This document shows, one piece after another, positions 12,101 through 23,740 of a stretch of DNA of 64,000 nucleotides (position 1 is the stretch's first letter; each line of letters opens with the position of its first letter). A model generated the notes under the pieces. The model saw nothing but the letters and a program-made list of their open reading frames with translations, had not been told where the DNA came from and ran no database searches. The stretch comes from Phoronis australis (lineage: Eukaryota; Animalia; Phoronida): the NCBI GenBank assembly GCA_002633005.1, contig NMRA01000015.1, positions 1,236,218 to 1,300,217 on the forward strand, read 5' to 3'. The translations under genes and the position numbers were made by a program.

Positions 12101-15100
12101 AGACTCAAAAACTACTTTGCTGAAAGTAAAGACGTGATCGTCATTTAGCGATTAGTAGAAGGGGTGATCCAGGATTTCTAGTTAGGGGGGGCCAGGGCAG
12201 AGTATTAGCCAGGATTATGCTCATCAGACATTCGCAGCCCCAAACTGCCCAATGGAATCTGGGAGTTTTAGGGGGGCCATGCCCCCCCTCTAAATTCGAC
12301 ACTGAATAAGATTGTCATTTTCATGTTTGCTGTCTTTGGTGATAAAAAACGAGACGCACATTTCCAAGTCATGGTCGTCTGCCGAGACTGCTTGCGTACT
12401 AACAACGAGACCGACCAGTGCTGCAGTGTGTTACCAGGGATTTTGTCATGGATATTTGATAATAAGGACATCTTACATAAAAATGTTTTTCCACCACAAA
12501 GTTTGGCAAGTTAATCGTCTAAGAATTAGTAGAAACACCGATGTTTTGTGACGTTTTATGACGCGTTATGCCGTGGTCTGAAACTTTCATCGGTATATCA
12601 GGAAATTTGCCAAATTAGCCGAAAATGTTAGCCAATGAAACACGTCAAAGATTGATTCCGCATTGTCCCATGTTCACGCAACATGCTTACAAGTCATCGG
12701 GAGGGCTGTTCTTGGTTTGTGTTCTTTTGAACTTCATTTGGCCACAACCAAATGACGGTCGGATTCACACGAGTTGCTTTATATCTGTCTGGCATCTGAA
12801 GAGAAGTGTAAAAACTCAGCTCGCATATGTTGGAAATCCTAGGTCGCATTTTGCGACTTGATACGAGCTGGCAAAAATCTCAGCCCAACATTTCCAAATT
12901 TCAGGTCGCAAATGTGACTTGCAGCTCGTTATGTCGAGCCCTGCTTAGTTAAATATGCAGATTTGTCACTAAGGTCCAGCATAGCCTTAACGGTGAACCC
13001 AAGCCTAAACAATGAAGTGAAATTTAGCAATGTGAATAAGTCACCAATGTCCATTTGATAACAGAAGCCACCAGCTCTCACGGCAATGAAAAGTTTGAGA
13101 CAGGTGTAATCACATTCCTTCCTCTAAATAAAGTTGATTTCTGGGCTAAAGGGGAGCTGACAGTTGGATATTGCTCAAAACCAGGCTCAATAATATGGCA
13201 TGTCACCGTGTGTCACTTTATGCACCAAGGAACATCTCAAGCAATGAAGCACTGCCATTTTTTACCAAGCCAGGAATCATTTCTCATCCACACGATGAGC
13301 AAATTGAACCAAGTTTTACAACATTAAGTGGAGGCCAAATCAAAAGTTTAGCTTTTTGTAACAGCAACTTTAAGTGATATTGGTCCACAACTTGGCCAAC
13401 GACCAGTCAACATACCATGTGACCACATTGAAGGCACAACCACAGAGACAACTCCTCTTCACCATCACCTGAGTATTCATCATCCTGAGGGTCACAGCCA
13501 TTGGAAGGCCCTGAGCATTTCTGCAATTCAAGTCACTAAAGGTTTGCGATTGTTCATACTTTGATCTGCACATTGTGTCTCTTACAGAACACGAGTTCTA
13601 TCCGTTTTTTGTTTTCCAGGATATAGATTTCCATAACACTCAAACTGGTAAATAGATTCACAAAATAAAAACTTTACATTAATAAAACTTGCAAAATGAG
13701 AATGTTTTGTAGTCGAGAAGACTTGCAAAATAAAAACTTTTTATTCAATTTTTTAAATTTTCCATGGGTGTTACACAAGATGTACTCCTTAATCATTTTC
13801 CATGAATTTTCCATGCATGAAAATGTACTATTCATATCCAGGCCATCTAGATTTGTCATGGCGAGAGTGTTTATCTCTGGCTAACTAATAGCCTTGCACT
13901 GATATAAGATTTATTCCTATATTACTTTCTATAGTTACACCAGATGTCCCTAAGGTTTGCTTGTTGCTTCTTGTTCATGTGAGTTCCTACATGATAAACT
14001 AATTGTTATCATTTAGTAAACAATTTGTGAACGTATACGTCAGGCCTAAACACTAGAATACCAAAATGTGTTGTATTTTTTCTTGTTAGTTTCACTTTCA
14101 TTTTTGTCTGAAAATGACACAATTCAGTCACACAAAATGACACATGGGCTGCATTTCATAATAGCAAGACACTCTCACCAAGCTTTGCAGGATCTTGTTT
14201 TTTTTTTGAAAGAAACTCGCTCTACAGAATACAACCCTGGTAAACAGTCTCCCCCCTATAAGTACATTGGTACCACTCCAGCTAATTGCTGATGCCATGA
14301 GACATGGCTGTGCTAATATTTTGATGTTCTCACTGAGTTTCACAATAGTACATGAACCGCCAACTCTGCATGTTCTCAATGCACAAATCTGTGATTGAGT
14401 GCAAAAGCAGCGATCAACACTATTGACAACCAAGAGAGTGGCGCCTCCTCAGGGAATTACATAAGAAAACATTAGAGTGTCAATCTGTTGTCTATGATCT
14501 TTGATTCCACTGAGAAAGTCATTCATGACAAAAGAGTATCATGTTGCTAAATATTTCAAATGCCATTCATCTCCCGTATTGTAAATAATATCTATTTTTG
14601 TGATTTTAAATTGTTCTTTACAGAGTAATGCTTGAAAAAAGTGAAAAAACGTTAGTCTACACAGTTCAAATTTAATGCTTCCACAGATTCACTGTCATTT
14701 TTATACCTCACTTACCTCACATTTTGCTGCAACTGGTCCACGGTACCGTTTCTTTATAGAAGAGTAGTTAGTAGACTTTTGAATATGGCTGCAAGTTTCT
14801 AAGAAAAAAACACGCAGCCATTAATCCTGCTTTTCAAATGTCCTTATTATGTCAAGTACATTGTGAAGCATTTGAATGCTTCACCATTTTCAAAGTTGAA
14901 TGGCTACGATTATAATCTATTCTATGATAGAAATCAAATGAATTGAATTATGTATAAGACAAACAAAATGGTTCAGTGCCACCAGAAAAATGAGACCAAA
15001 CAATGGCACCTCAATAGAAACCTATTAGCACATCAAGATAATTCTAGAAAAAAAACAGGCATGAACAGACAAAACTTGAACATCTGAAATTAAAGAGACC

Positions 15101-15178
15101 ACTTTACATACTGGCTTCCTCTTTATCTACATCTTCAACGGTAACTTTCTTCTTCTGTTTCCCTTTCTTTTTCACCAT
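18..15178 (-). CDS. USP16/USP45: Ubiquitin carboxyl-terminal hydrolase 16/45-like (zf-UBP + USP domain); 15 coding exons in window, 3' part outside window
   Basis: Exons with GT-AG boundaries and matching phases: 15178-15112, 14798-14716, 13520-13416, 10018-9742, 9380-9202, 8088-7966, 7465-7332, 6547-6460, 4312-4222, 3402-3314, 2965-2909, 2385-2257, 1677-1596, 1385-417, 112-18 (sum 2568 nt = 856 codons). Motifs: zf-UBP (TCSH..CE/KC..LWLCLQCGHM/GCGR..HALAHY..VWCYECD), Cys box GLRNLGNTCFFNAVMQ, QQQDSHELLR, IFGG..CDEC, FLDLSLP, FGCDVC, PPAVLTLHIKRF. The His box is not in the window. Confidence 0.93.
417..1385 (-). CDS. USP16/USP45: USP16/45 large exon (acidic/Ser-rich insertion ending SLRQFT..EVL..NKFGCDVC)
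   Basis: Lies within ORF 409-1425; ttccag acceptor, gtaggt donor; ends in the conserved CxxC of the USP fingers. Confidence 0.9.
1006..1335 (-). repeat. In-frame 168-bp (56-aa) tandem duplication inside the USP16/45 exon
   Basis: DKEVS.LAK..NELH.DT....APDGDGVETS.KLSPTTMSENENGVKCLS.GN occurs twice; identical DNA blocks at 1021 and 1189. Confidence 0.95.
1596..1677 (-). CDS. USP16/USP45: USP16/45 exon (KQQNKQNRRK...)
   Basis: ttgcag acceptor, gtaaat donor, phase 0/1 fits the flanking exons. Confidence 0.78.
1830..2085 (+). repeat. Intronic minisatellite, ~85-bp unit x3, each with CCACCAGGGGGCA
   Basis: Units start at about 1830, 1915 and 2002; unit resembles the monomer of the 4430-5997 element. 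Confidence 0.9.
2257..2385 (-). CDS. USP16/USP45: USP16/45 exon, Lys-rich insertion
   Basis: 43 open codons, ttcag acceptor, gttggt donor, phase 0/0. Confidence 0.78.
2909..2965 (-). CDS. USP16/USP45: USP16/45 exon (PSQIFEPFLDLSLPIVEEQ)
   Basis: Conserved FLDLSLP; ttcag acceptor, gtaagt donor. Confidence 0.92.
3314..3402 (-). CDS. USP16/USP45: USP16/45 exon (FVDSIFGG...CDECQT)
   Basis: Conserved IFGG and CxxC; ctgcag acceptor, gtgagt donor. Confidence 0.92.
3955..4048 (+). repeat. Degenerate 20-bp tandem repeat (ATGTCAAGGTCGTTCATYTT) x~5
   Basis: Direct inspection. Confidence 0.75.
4222..4312 (-). CDS. USP16/USP45: USP16/45 exon (RVKDAIMTHF...KLKIR)
   Basis: tcttgtag acceptor, gtacgt donor, phases fit. 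Confidence 0.85.
4430..5997 (-). mobile_element. Non-autonomous Helentron/DINE-1-like element with internal ~150-bp tandem monomers
   Basis: Terminal hairpin ATGCGTCCACATATAAATATGTGGGCACAT next to an A-run; (GACG)n microsatellite; subterminal inverted ATGCGCCCAC at 4455; other end AACAAGAGC; homologous copies at 46047-47681 and 49906-50235. Confidence 0.75.
6460..6547 (-). CDS. USP16/USP45: USP16/45 exon (APRFKGFQQQDSHELLR)
   Basis: Conserved QQD box; tttcag acceptor, gtactg donor. Confidence 0.93.
7332..7465 (-). CDS. USP16/USP45: USP16/45 exon (LPLID...INPSQLFAQVCK)
   Basis: USP box 2 entry motif; tccag acceptor, gtgagt donor. Confidence 0.88.
7966..8088 (-). CDS. USP16/USP45: USP16/45 exon (VLSHTSGL...GRVE)
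   Basis: tacag acceptor, gtatgt donor, phase 0/0. Confidence 0.85.
8793..8890. mobile_element. ~97-bp palindromic MITE (further copies at 9055-9151 and ~45933-46030)
   Basis: gtca.ttacagggg...tttgagaaccagttt...aaactggttctcaaa...cccct...agtgac; three diverged copies in the window. Confidence 0.7.
9202..9380 (-). CDS. USP16/USP45: USP16/45 exon with catalytic Cys box
   Basis: GLRNLGNTCFFNAVMQ; ttttag acceptor, gtaagt donor. Confidence 0.95.
9742..10018 (-). CDS. USP16/USP45: USP16/45 exon (GCGR...HALAHY...WCYECD)
   Basis: Second half of zf-UBP; tttcag acceptor, gtgagt donor. Confidence 0.92.
10165..10289. mobile_element. Small MITE with ~28-bp TIRs
   Basis: gttcagtaaacgctaggacctagctaaaa ... 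ttttagcgaggtcctagcgttactgaac. Confidence 0.7.
10722..12943. mobile_element. Non-autonomous DNA transposon (CAGGG termini, 5-bp TSD; hAT-like) in a USP intron, with a nested MITE at ~12160-12304
   Basis: TIR CAGGGCTCGACA...TGTCGAGCCCTG flanked by CTTAG on both sides; repeated AGGTCGCA subterminal motifs. Confidence 0.8.
13416..13520 (-). CDS. USP16/USP45: USP16/45 exon (KC...LWLCLQCGHM)
   Basis: ttgcag acceptor, gtatgt donor, zf-UBP motif. Confidence 0.9.
14716..14798 (-). CDS. USP16/USP45: USP16/45 exon, start of zf-UBP (TCSHIQKS...AKCE)
   Basis: Acceptor tttttttcttag, donor gtaagt, phases fit. Confidence 0.88.
15112..15178 (-). CDS. USP16/USP45: USP16/45 first coding exon (MVKKKGKQKKK...)
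   Basis: Lys-rich N-terminus as in USP16; donor gtatgt; phase 1 matches the next exon; in-frame upstream ATG at 15214. Confidence 0.8.
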
Positions 15179-16399
15179 ACTCGAATCCAACGGCACTGTT
15201 TCAAGTACTCTCATTTATCTGTTTCTGAAGGACAAATTACAAAAGACTGAAACAAAGATTATTCTGAACCTATCTGAGTTTTCTTTAAACAAGGCCAGAC
15301 AAATAAACCGACAATGGAAATATACATATAGAAAACATTTCCGGAATTATAGAACAGGTGTATGTTTGGGGAAAACATGAATGGTTGGACCTTCAGCTTC
15401 CTTAAGTTTGATCATCAAAACTTTCCATTTCAAATTCCCCTAACAATATTTTACTAAATGATACATGTTTTGTTCATGAATGTAAATTACTGTAGCAGAT
15501 CACATGGCCAAAATAAGTCAAACTCATTGTATCCAACGTTCTTCACCTATACACGGATAGCCAATCTGACCACTATGGAATGAATCTTCATATTTAAAGT
15601 GATCCCGGACCTTTTCTAGCATTGAGACTCAGAGAAATCATGCAAGACCATTACTGGCTCCCTTCACTGATGAATTCATGGGATCACAGGTATGAAAGGT
15701 GCGACCCTAGTGGGTAGGTTTCAAGAATTATGAACCTGTGGATGATCACCAGTGTAGTGAGTTCATGGAGATTATCCTCAATGTGATTAAAAAATTACAA
15801 ACATGCTATAGACATGCGCAGTGAGGCAATCAAAAGCAGAAATGATTTCAGTTCACGATTTTGTTGACGATACGAAGGACTATTCAGAACAAACATTGAT
15901 TGGGAGTATTTGTTCGAGTTGGAAGTATTCAAAAACCCCAACTACCTCCAAAGGTGTCCACCTTCGCTCGAAAGGTACACAGTAATGTGACTTTGAACTG
16001 ATACTTAAGCCAGAATTTAAGTGTAATTTACAATAAAATCTACGGGGTACAGGTTGAATTGCAATGTTCAGTCGGCTATACTTTTATGTAACTTTCAGTG
16101 CAAGAGAACAAAGAATCATAGTGGACAGAATGAGTTAAGCTAGAATTCCACAACAATTTTTACCCACAACAATTCCTAGCTGTATTTTGAAGCTCAACCA
16201 TATTGGCAGGCTGGCTAAGACTGAACGGAGACGGTAAGTGAATAGGTGAGTGCTCAGCGAGAGTGCGTCACGGGTTTTCACCAAGCACCTTTTTTTCTTC
16301 TTCTTCTTCTTCTGAATACTGAATACAAGAGGTAAAATTCATCCTAAGTTACTATAACTTCAATTCAAAACCTTCAGTATCGTAATAATATTGAAAATA

Positions 16400-16580
16400 A
16401 TTAATAAAACGTACCTTTCGATGAAATTTTAAGGGTAAAATTCCAGGAAAATTCCCACACACGGAAGTGGCAAGCTGGCGTGTATCTATGAGAAATTGCG
16501 AGATGTAATCTTCAGCTGTATTCTGGTACCCGCGGTAGATAAACAATCATCGCCCCTACTTCTACCGCGGGTACCAGTGA
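16400..16580 (-). promoter_or_regulatory. Candidate promoter and first non-coding exon of USP16/45
   Basis: Minus-strand donor AAG|gtacgt near 16413, ETS-type CGGAAGTG at ~16462, local CpG enrichment; no transcript data. Confidence 0.35.
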
Positions 16581-19430
16581 ACGCTTACGTGTTAAGTCCA
16601 TGGTTGAGTCAGTCAAAAAGCATTGAATTTAAACTAAAATCATTTACAAAATATTATTTGATTGCTTATGAATGTTGATACGTCCCTGACGTCACATATT
16701 TTTTATTGCATTTGTCGATTTAAATAAAGGAAAATTCCGTCAGTACATCCACAAATTAAGTTTAGTGGAAATATTCAGATCCCGACTTGTAGACTTTTCT
16801 CAGTTAGAATTCTTCTCTCGTGCACCATATTCCCTTCTCACGGACACAGTCCATATTGGGCCCGGGACTTTCCAGTCTCAAGGACATATTTCTGCCTGTG
16901 CTTGCGTATGGACCAACCCCGCCGCCCCTGCCGCGCGATGCCAGGCCCCTCTCATAAGGCACGGCGGAAAGTCGTTCATCTCTTGGAGTATTTTCGTTAT
17001 CGTTTCATTTTTTTAATTCTTTGAATATCGTAAAACTCAATAAAATAACCTTTCCCTCGTTATTTAGTTACTAGGCATGATGTCTGGTTTTTCAAATATC
17101 ATCGCTGATTCATGAATTTATTGTTTACGAGATCACGTCACTGAGATAAGAGGACAACCGCAACGTTTTTGAGTGCAAAAGTGAGTTTCAATATTTAAAC
17201 ATGTGATTTGTCATTGTTTCCATTTTTATAGTTTAAAAGTATTATTTGTCAGTGAAATGACTACGTTTTCCATGGAAAAATGACAGGAATGTGTATCGTG
17301 ACAAGTATAGAGATTTTTCACAGTTAATTCGTACGTACAGATTTTATGTCAAGTCAAGCGAATTGGCCCAACAGAACTGAAGGGATGGCGGGCGAATGAA
17401 TTAGTAGTTATTGTGCGCGGAAGCAGCGTTGGTCCGTCCCCAGCTGAAGAAATCGGAGGTCCGCGAAGCGCGATCAAGGAGAGGAATAGACTGTGTGAGA
17501 GATCTATTTTGTGCGTGGGCAGACCCGAGCAGCGCGCGGGCAGGGATAAGGCGGGTTCCACTTTTCAATGTTTGACCACCGATATTACGTTTGGTCTCGA
17601 CCAAGCGCCAGGACAGCTAGAACGTTTACACACTCAAACATTAGACATCCCAACATACTTTCTCTAACTGACCAGCGCTGGGTGTTCCTAAACATTTTCT
17701 TCAGCACTATATTACAAGAGAATACACGAAACAGAAAAATAGTAGGCCCCACCAGTGCTGGTGCACAACTCTGCATAGTTGGTCGATGGTTAGGTTAACT
17801 GAAATGTCGCTCAAATTGTTTCAAGATCATGATTAATGGCGGTTGTTAAGCAAAAGTTACTTCAGATTTGATTTGGGGGAACAAAGCACTACGTGATACC
17901 TACCTATTTACATAGTGAAGTCGAAAAAAAGAACTCGTTTGCAGGGAACGTCCATGAAAAGTTACCATTTCGTCGGTTTTTATTTTTTTTGTTTCATGCA
18001 CTCCGGCATTCTTTTGTGGGCAGGGGGATAATTCCAAACACTTAGCCATTTTTTGAGGGATTCTTATATAGCTGGATTTTTAACTCATTAAATCTGTGTC
18101 TGTGAAAAAGGTATGCATAATTAAGAACATCTTTTGCGAGGAAGTTTTATGAATCTAATCTTTTATGTAGTAAAAGTTGTATAGACTCGAACTTTCCGGA
18201 AAATGAACCTTTTCGTTAGGAAAAACAGGAAAAGGCCCCATTTCGTGAGTAATTTTATCAGTAAAGGCACCCTTTAGTATGGAAACTGGGCGTGAAAAGT
18301 CACCCTGGCTAATTCTGAGCGACACGTCCTATATACCTCCTCTATGAGATAACCTCCGGGATTGGTTAGGATGTGCTAAAAACTCGGGTGGATATTTTGT
18401 CCCCTTGGGTATTTTTCGGGTCGGTATTTTGGCATGTGTCCAATGGGGTTTATAACTGTCCATGAAACTAGGACTATTCCCATGTTGTTGAAAAAGGTAA
18501 TTCTTCACAAGCCATCGTCAGGTTTCTTAGGTCGGCTGCTCGCTCCAGTTTTGTACCATGAGCAGATAAGTCGTTTGATTTCCACTGGTTAAGATGGAAC
18601 CTTAGTCCGATGGTTGATATGGTAATGAATTTAGAAATGCTGAAAACACGTTTATCTGATGCTGCTTATACTTAAACAAAAATACAGGAATGAAAAATAA
18701 AATTTCCCTTGTAGGCTATATGCTCTGAAGAGATTTTACCGTATTTTCATTAATATCCATGTGTGCAGTCTTGATCTCAGTTTTTAAACACCTGTTCCAA
18801 TACTAACAAAATAACAATTAGAATCATAAATTTCAATAGGCAATACTGCCAACACTACAGAGCTCAATACAAACTGAATTACAGAGCACTTGTCCTATAC
18901 ACGAGATAAGCGTACACAGGTGATGACTAAATCATCTCTTGAAATTCAATGACAACAAAAAGTATAAGGTGTCATGTACATTAACGTCACCAAAAAAGAA
19001 ATACACCATCGTAAGTGTCAGGTAAGAAATCCAAAGTGTGCTATGCAAAAACCTCATGGTACGCTCAAGTATTGTTAAAAGCTTTTGTTGAAGAGTGTTT
19101 GAAATTTTAGAACACCAAATAAGTTAAGTAGACTGGTAAAGCACACATAAGGCAGAGCAGACTACACTAAGGCTTATAATAGATCACTTTTGCGTTGGCA
19201 GCACTTAACCTAGATTCGCCAGCCAATCAGGGGACTGCCTTTACAAGTTACACTCAAACAAGGTCAGAAGTTCATAGTAAAGTGCACAAGTGTAACAGCG
19301 ATATCCGAAGCAGAGACAAGTGAAGGCATACGCTTAGAACTGAAGCAAAAAGCAAACTGTGTTCTTGCGTGAGGTATTTTGGTCAAGAATTTTCAGTGAC
19401 GAGCTATCGGGTGCAAAAACAGAATACAAA

Positions 19431-19722
19431 ATGTGGGGAAGTGGCAGGGCTCGGACTTCCAATTGGTCAGACAATGAAGTGAATGCATTAGTGGACACTT
19501 ATTACGAACTTCGAGACGTGATGCGAAGTGTGAAACATGGTGGTGATCCTACAGTGTCCCTTCAAAAGAAAGAGGCTGCGTGGCAACAGATTTGTTCAGC
19601 CGTGTACGAGAGTGGCGATGGACATGTGGTGAGAAACACTCACCAAGTGAAGAAGAAATGGGAAAACATTGTGTTTAGACACAAAACTATAATCATCAAT
19701 TACAAGAGAAAATTTAAAAACG
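19431..19722 (+). CDS. Myb/SANT-like DNA-binding domain protein (MSANTD/NAIF1-like), first coding exon
   Basis: RTSNWSDNEVNALVD...KKEAAWQQICSAV...RNTHQVKKKWENI is the Myb_DNA-bind_5-type three-Trp pattern; AAAATG start; strong donor G|gtaagt (phase 1). Confidence 0.85.
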
Positions 19723-20580
19723 GTAAGTAGGGTTATCGGACCTTATAGTATAACATTTCAACACTAGAGGGTTCTAGTGTAGTGTTGCTGTTGTAGGGAT
19801 TACCAACTGAACTCGATCGGAAGCGTACAAAGTAATTTTTCATGCAGTCAATTTGCACAAGGTAATTCATTACCTAGCTGTGTGCGCGGGTAACGGTTAC
19901 TATGACTGATGTGATCTAACGTGCTCGTAACTCAGTACAGCACGTACACTTCGTCTACCTTGAGCAGAAATTGGAAGAAGTGCTGCATAGCTCAGTGGGT
20001 CCATGGTATGTAGCCTACGCTGATACTTTTGTCTGCCATCTGTTGTAACCACCCTGTTACCTGACCCTGATCTAAAACGATGACGTAGTAACAGTTCTTA
20101 GCAAGCCGAGAAATCACTTTTAATTGAACAACAATTGAAGAATAAGTTGCGACCAATTTTGTCAAGGTAAATGTAGGCCTAAGTGGTCTGGATCATTTTT
20201 TACGGAAGGTGGCGTTATAGCAGCATTCTTCGTAAGTTTAGTTAAAATCGGAGATCGTAGTAACGTCTTTGTTAAAATTATGCTTGTCCAACACACTTAA
20301 CTGTTTTCCATAGGCATAGTCACAGTGCCACACAGAACCTATCGTCGGCACCGATCGAAATCTATGTTACACAATGACTTTTTGCTAAAACAGCTTTGAA
20401 TCTGCACAATTAGGCCTATCTGTTCATGATTTCCATCACTAATAGTCTTATCAGTTAGGTACCCCTTAGTGAGAACGTACCGGAGAGTTCAGACCTGGGG
20501 GAAATGCATAGAAAAATGTTATTCGGGGTGTACTCGACTATTTTTGTCAAGGGTTGCAGGTCGGAAATTAGGACACCCAA

Positions 20581-20809
20581 CATGCGCGCACCCAGCCTTT
20601 AATATGGGGGGCTCGAATCTCTGACAAAGTGGACATTTGCTAACAAAAAAGCAGGAGGACTAAAAAAAACCCGGCACCACCTTCAGGTCTGTGAACTGTG
20701 CGCCTACGCCTCCTTTTAATTTTGTCTCGTTTTCTCGGACTTTTTGTTTCTCTGAGGCGGACCTTTTTACCCATTTCGTAAAATGCCCCCCCCCTTGGGT
20801 GCGCGCATG
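20581..20809. mobile_element. MITE with CATGCGCGCACCCA TIRs
   Basis: TIRs at both ends; flanks CCCAA/CCTAA (near-identical 5-bp TSD). Confidence 0.75.
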
Positions 20810-21257
20810 CCTAACCCACTCATTTAGAAGGCAATGGACTCGAAAAGGGTACCCCTTTGTCGGGGTCTTCCATGAAAATGTCATAGTTTTGATTACGAAG
20901 CACCAGAAACATGTCCTTTTTAGGAATTCTCGGACTGTTGTTTTTTTTAAACAGATGTCATGTTGTCATAAATGGCGGGAATGTCTTTTGCAACCAAAGT
21001 TTTGAAAGTGTAGACAACATGAAACATGCAAACACTTACGCATCAAAACGTGAAATCAAAACAGAATGGGATGTCCCATATAGAAAACCTCAAAGAGAAT
21101 TCATTTGAGACAATTAAATCGGAGAGGCACTCTTTTGTAGAGAAACTGGTCATGGAAAGTCAATCTGAGCTGCACGTCCCTTAGTAAGTTCTATGGGAGT
21201 GCCTCTTAAAATATAGTACAACAGGGACCGCAACTACTAACATCAATAATAAATATA

Positions 21258-21532
21258 CATGGGTGCACCCAGGGGGGGCTCGGGGGACTCGAACGAACCC
21301 CCTAATTTGGCGAATTGGGCAAAAAGGTCCGCTTCAGTGAAACAAAAAGTCCGAGTAAAAGAGACAAAAGCTCACAAAACCCACGGGGAGTCGGCGCAGA
21401 TGCACGGTTAGTGGGCCTAACCATAGTGGTCCCGTATTTTTTATATTTTAGTCCTCGTTGATTTCTTTCAGTAAAAGGTCTGCATGTCGAAAAATTCGAG
21501 CCACCCTATATTTTAGGCTGGGTGCGCGCATG
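21258..21532. mobile_element. MITE, same family as 20581-20809, opposite orientation
   Basis: CATGGGTGCACCCAG...CTGGGTGCGCGCATG; 5-bp TSD ATATA. Confidence 0.75.
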
Positions 21533-22119
21533 ATATATATTTGTACATGGCGAAGTCCCTATCTCACGTAATCTTGAGCCTGAGTGGATTTTGGATAATT
21601 CTCCAAAATCCACGAGGGTCGTGAACGATATACATTGCAATGAATCGTCTTCCTATCTTGACTTGCCTCGGCTTTGTAACTTCTTTCTACGGCACAGCAC
21701 CGGGGTCGGAGGTCGTGACCTTTTAAGAAACGCCCAGTCATTCTTGTTAAACAATGTTTTTTACTCAAAACCAATCGAAAATTTAAACAAAATAGAAATA
21801 AAGTGAATCTATTCAATAAGTGTTAAGCAAATAGGCTAGGTTGCTACACATCTTATCATGGCAAGCTTCCACCTTGAAAATATCTGCTAAAGTAAGTTTT
21901 TTTACCACTGGTTACTGATTATAATGTTCAAGTAGAAGATTCCCGACGTCAGTGTTACTCACACTTAAACTGGAGATCGCTGATTTAGAAGTGAGGGAAA
22001 ATGACAGATAAATTTTATTGAATTAAAGATGTCGTTTTTTATTGAAATTGTACTCTTATTTTTCACAGCGTATAAATGCCGTTATATTTCAGTTTGTTGC
22101 GCGTTCTCACAGTTTGCAA

Positions 22120-22358
22120 TTTACCCGTAAGTGTGCTACAGTTTGATACCATTTGGAAGGAAGTTGTGACAGTTTGAGCACCTAACACGTACGCTATCGC
22201 TCGCCGGAAGATTGCTAACCTCGAAGTTGTTCCGCTTCGACATATGTAATAGCGCAGAATCACAATCTGTTTTCGTGCTGCAGTTTCTTTGAGGTTTTGA
22301 AAAGGTTGTCAATGATGCTATTGGGGCGGAAATCGTTAAAGCCTCTTTTTGCGCTTAA
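22120..22358. repeat. Interspersed repeat, second copy at ~53030-53264; origin unclear
   Basis: Colinear similarity, e.g. ctacagtttgatacc...gaagttgttccgctt...taatagcgcagaatc.caatctgttttcgt.ctgcagttt. Confidence 0.75.
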
Positions 22359-23119
22359 TTTTATACAATTATCAACTTAGGACAATATGTTGTTTTTTGG
22401 GGCCAGAAATTGGGAAAATGACGGGAATATGAAAAACGGCAGAACGTGAACCTACCCCAGTCTATCAATAACTTTTTGCCTCCGCAAGTCTGGTGGGCTG
22501 TCGAGGTATGGTTCTTGAAGTATTTAATTTAAAAATAAACCATAAGCTTGTCCTCCCGTCTTCCGCTTTGAACTGTCAACTTAGTATGAAAACTAGGCTA
22601 ATCCGCCGTGTTCCGGGGATAGGTTAATTCGTGGACTCTTCGGATGATGATCGAAAGGCCAACACATGAAGGGGTGTTGTAGCGGGATTAAAACGATATT
22701 CATTTCTGTTCTGAATGTCCTGATTAGTGATCAGTCACGTATACTGAATCATTTGGCATCACTTTTCTTGTGGTAGTCCACCTCGAATGTTTAAGCTAAT
22801 TCAAAGTCGGGAAGACCATTTTTGAGTTTCTTTCTAGCCTTTTTATGTCATTTTAAATCAATTTTGACCGGTACCTCGAATGTCTAATGTAATTTTCAAC
22901 AGCATTCCGTGGTGGCATTTTGGAAATTTCTGCCGGGCCCAACCCAGAGTGTATTCTGTCTGTCATGAGCAATTTCGTGATTAGTGGGATGTAGTAAATC
23001 AAATGAAATTGTTCTTGTGGTACCTCGAATGTTCGGTCGGGCTCAGTTCAGGGTTTCTTGTGAGTGCTTACCATAGTGTGAGTTTTCTTTCTGGATATGT
23101 AGACTCGTATCAAAGCAAT

Positions 23120-23740
23120 TTCTTCACGCTTGTAATTTCTACAAATCTATTCTAGTAAAGATGATGAATCCCACAATATTAACCAGAGTAGGGTTGTCAA
23201 TGACAGTGATATTGTAAAATTAGAGGAAACAGAAATGTCTTGAGAGTCTGCTCATGGATGCTGAAGCTGTATTTGTAGTCAAAACGATCACAACTGGTTG
23301 ATCGTCTGGCTAGGTTGGACCTTAGCACTATTTATAACTTCTCTTGAAAAGATCTTTCAGCATTTTTGTCCGGTGTTTTAATTTTAGATTCTCTGTAAGC
23401 GACATGTCTAAAAGGAAAATCAGAACCTGGGAATATTTTCCCTTGTGTCCAAGGGCAATAAGCCTAGAAAACATCTTACCAACTGGCGTCCCAGTTCACT
23501 TTTAAGTGCACGTGACAATTTTTCTGGTTATTTGCACCGGCGGTTGTTGAATCGTCAATCCTTTTAATTAATTAAAATTATCAAAAAGTACATTGAAGGT
23601 ACTAATAGTGAGTACAGTACCATCAATATCTATGATTTTATGCAGACTGCCGAAGAACTTAATATCTCGTGTTCTAGTAGACTTTGAAAAAGCATTCGAC
23701 CCTGATCTCTTGGGAGTTTGTGCATGCAGTTTTTAACATT
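23120..23740 (+). pseudogene. Degenerate L1/Tx1-clade LINE reverse-transcriptase fragment
   Basis: Frameshifted peptides GIFSLVSKGNKPRKHLTNWRPSSLL and LVDFEKAFD..SWEFVHAVF. Confidence 0.8.

Noticed and set aside
15666-15700. CTGATGA...GAAA hammerhead candidate
   Set aside because: No stem II or stem III consistent with the core
19980-20010. tRNA-like A box (TAGCTCAGTGG)
   Set aside because: No B box or cloverleaf; at most a SINE scrap
22040-22358. Crypton (tyrosine recombinase) origin for the interspersed repeat
   Set aside because: Only a faint peptide resemblance; kept as an unclassified repeat
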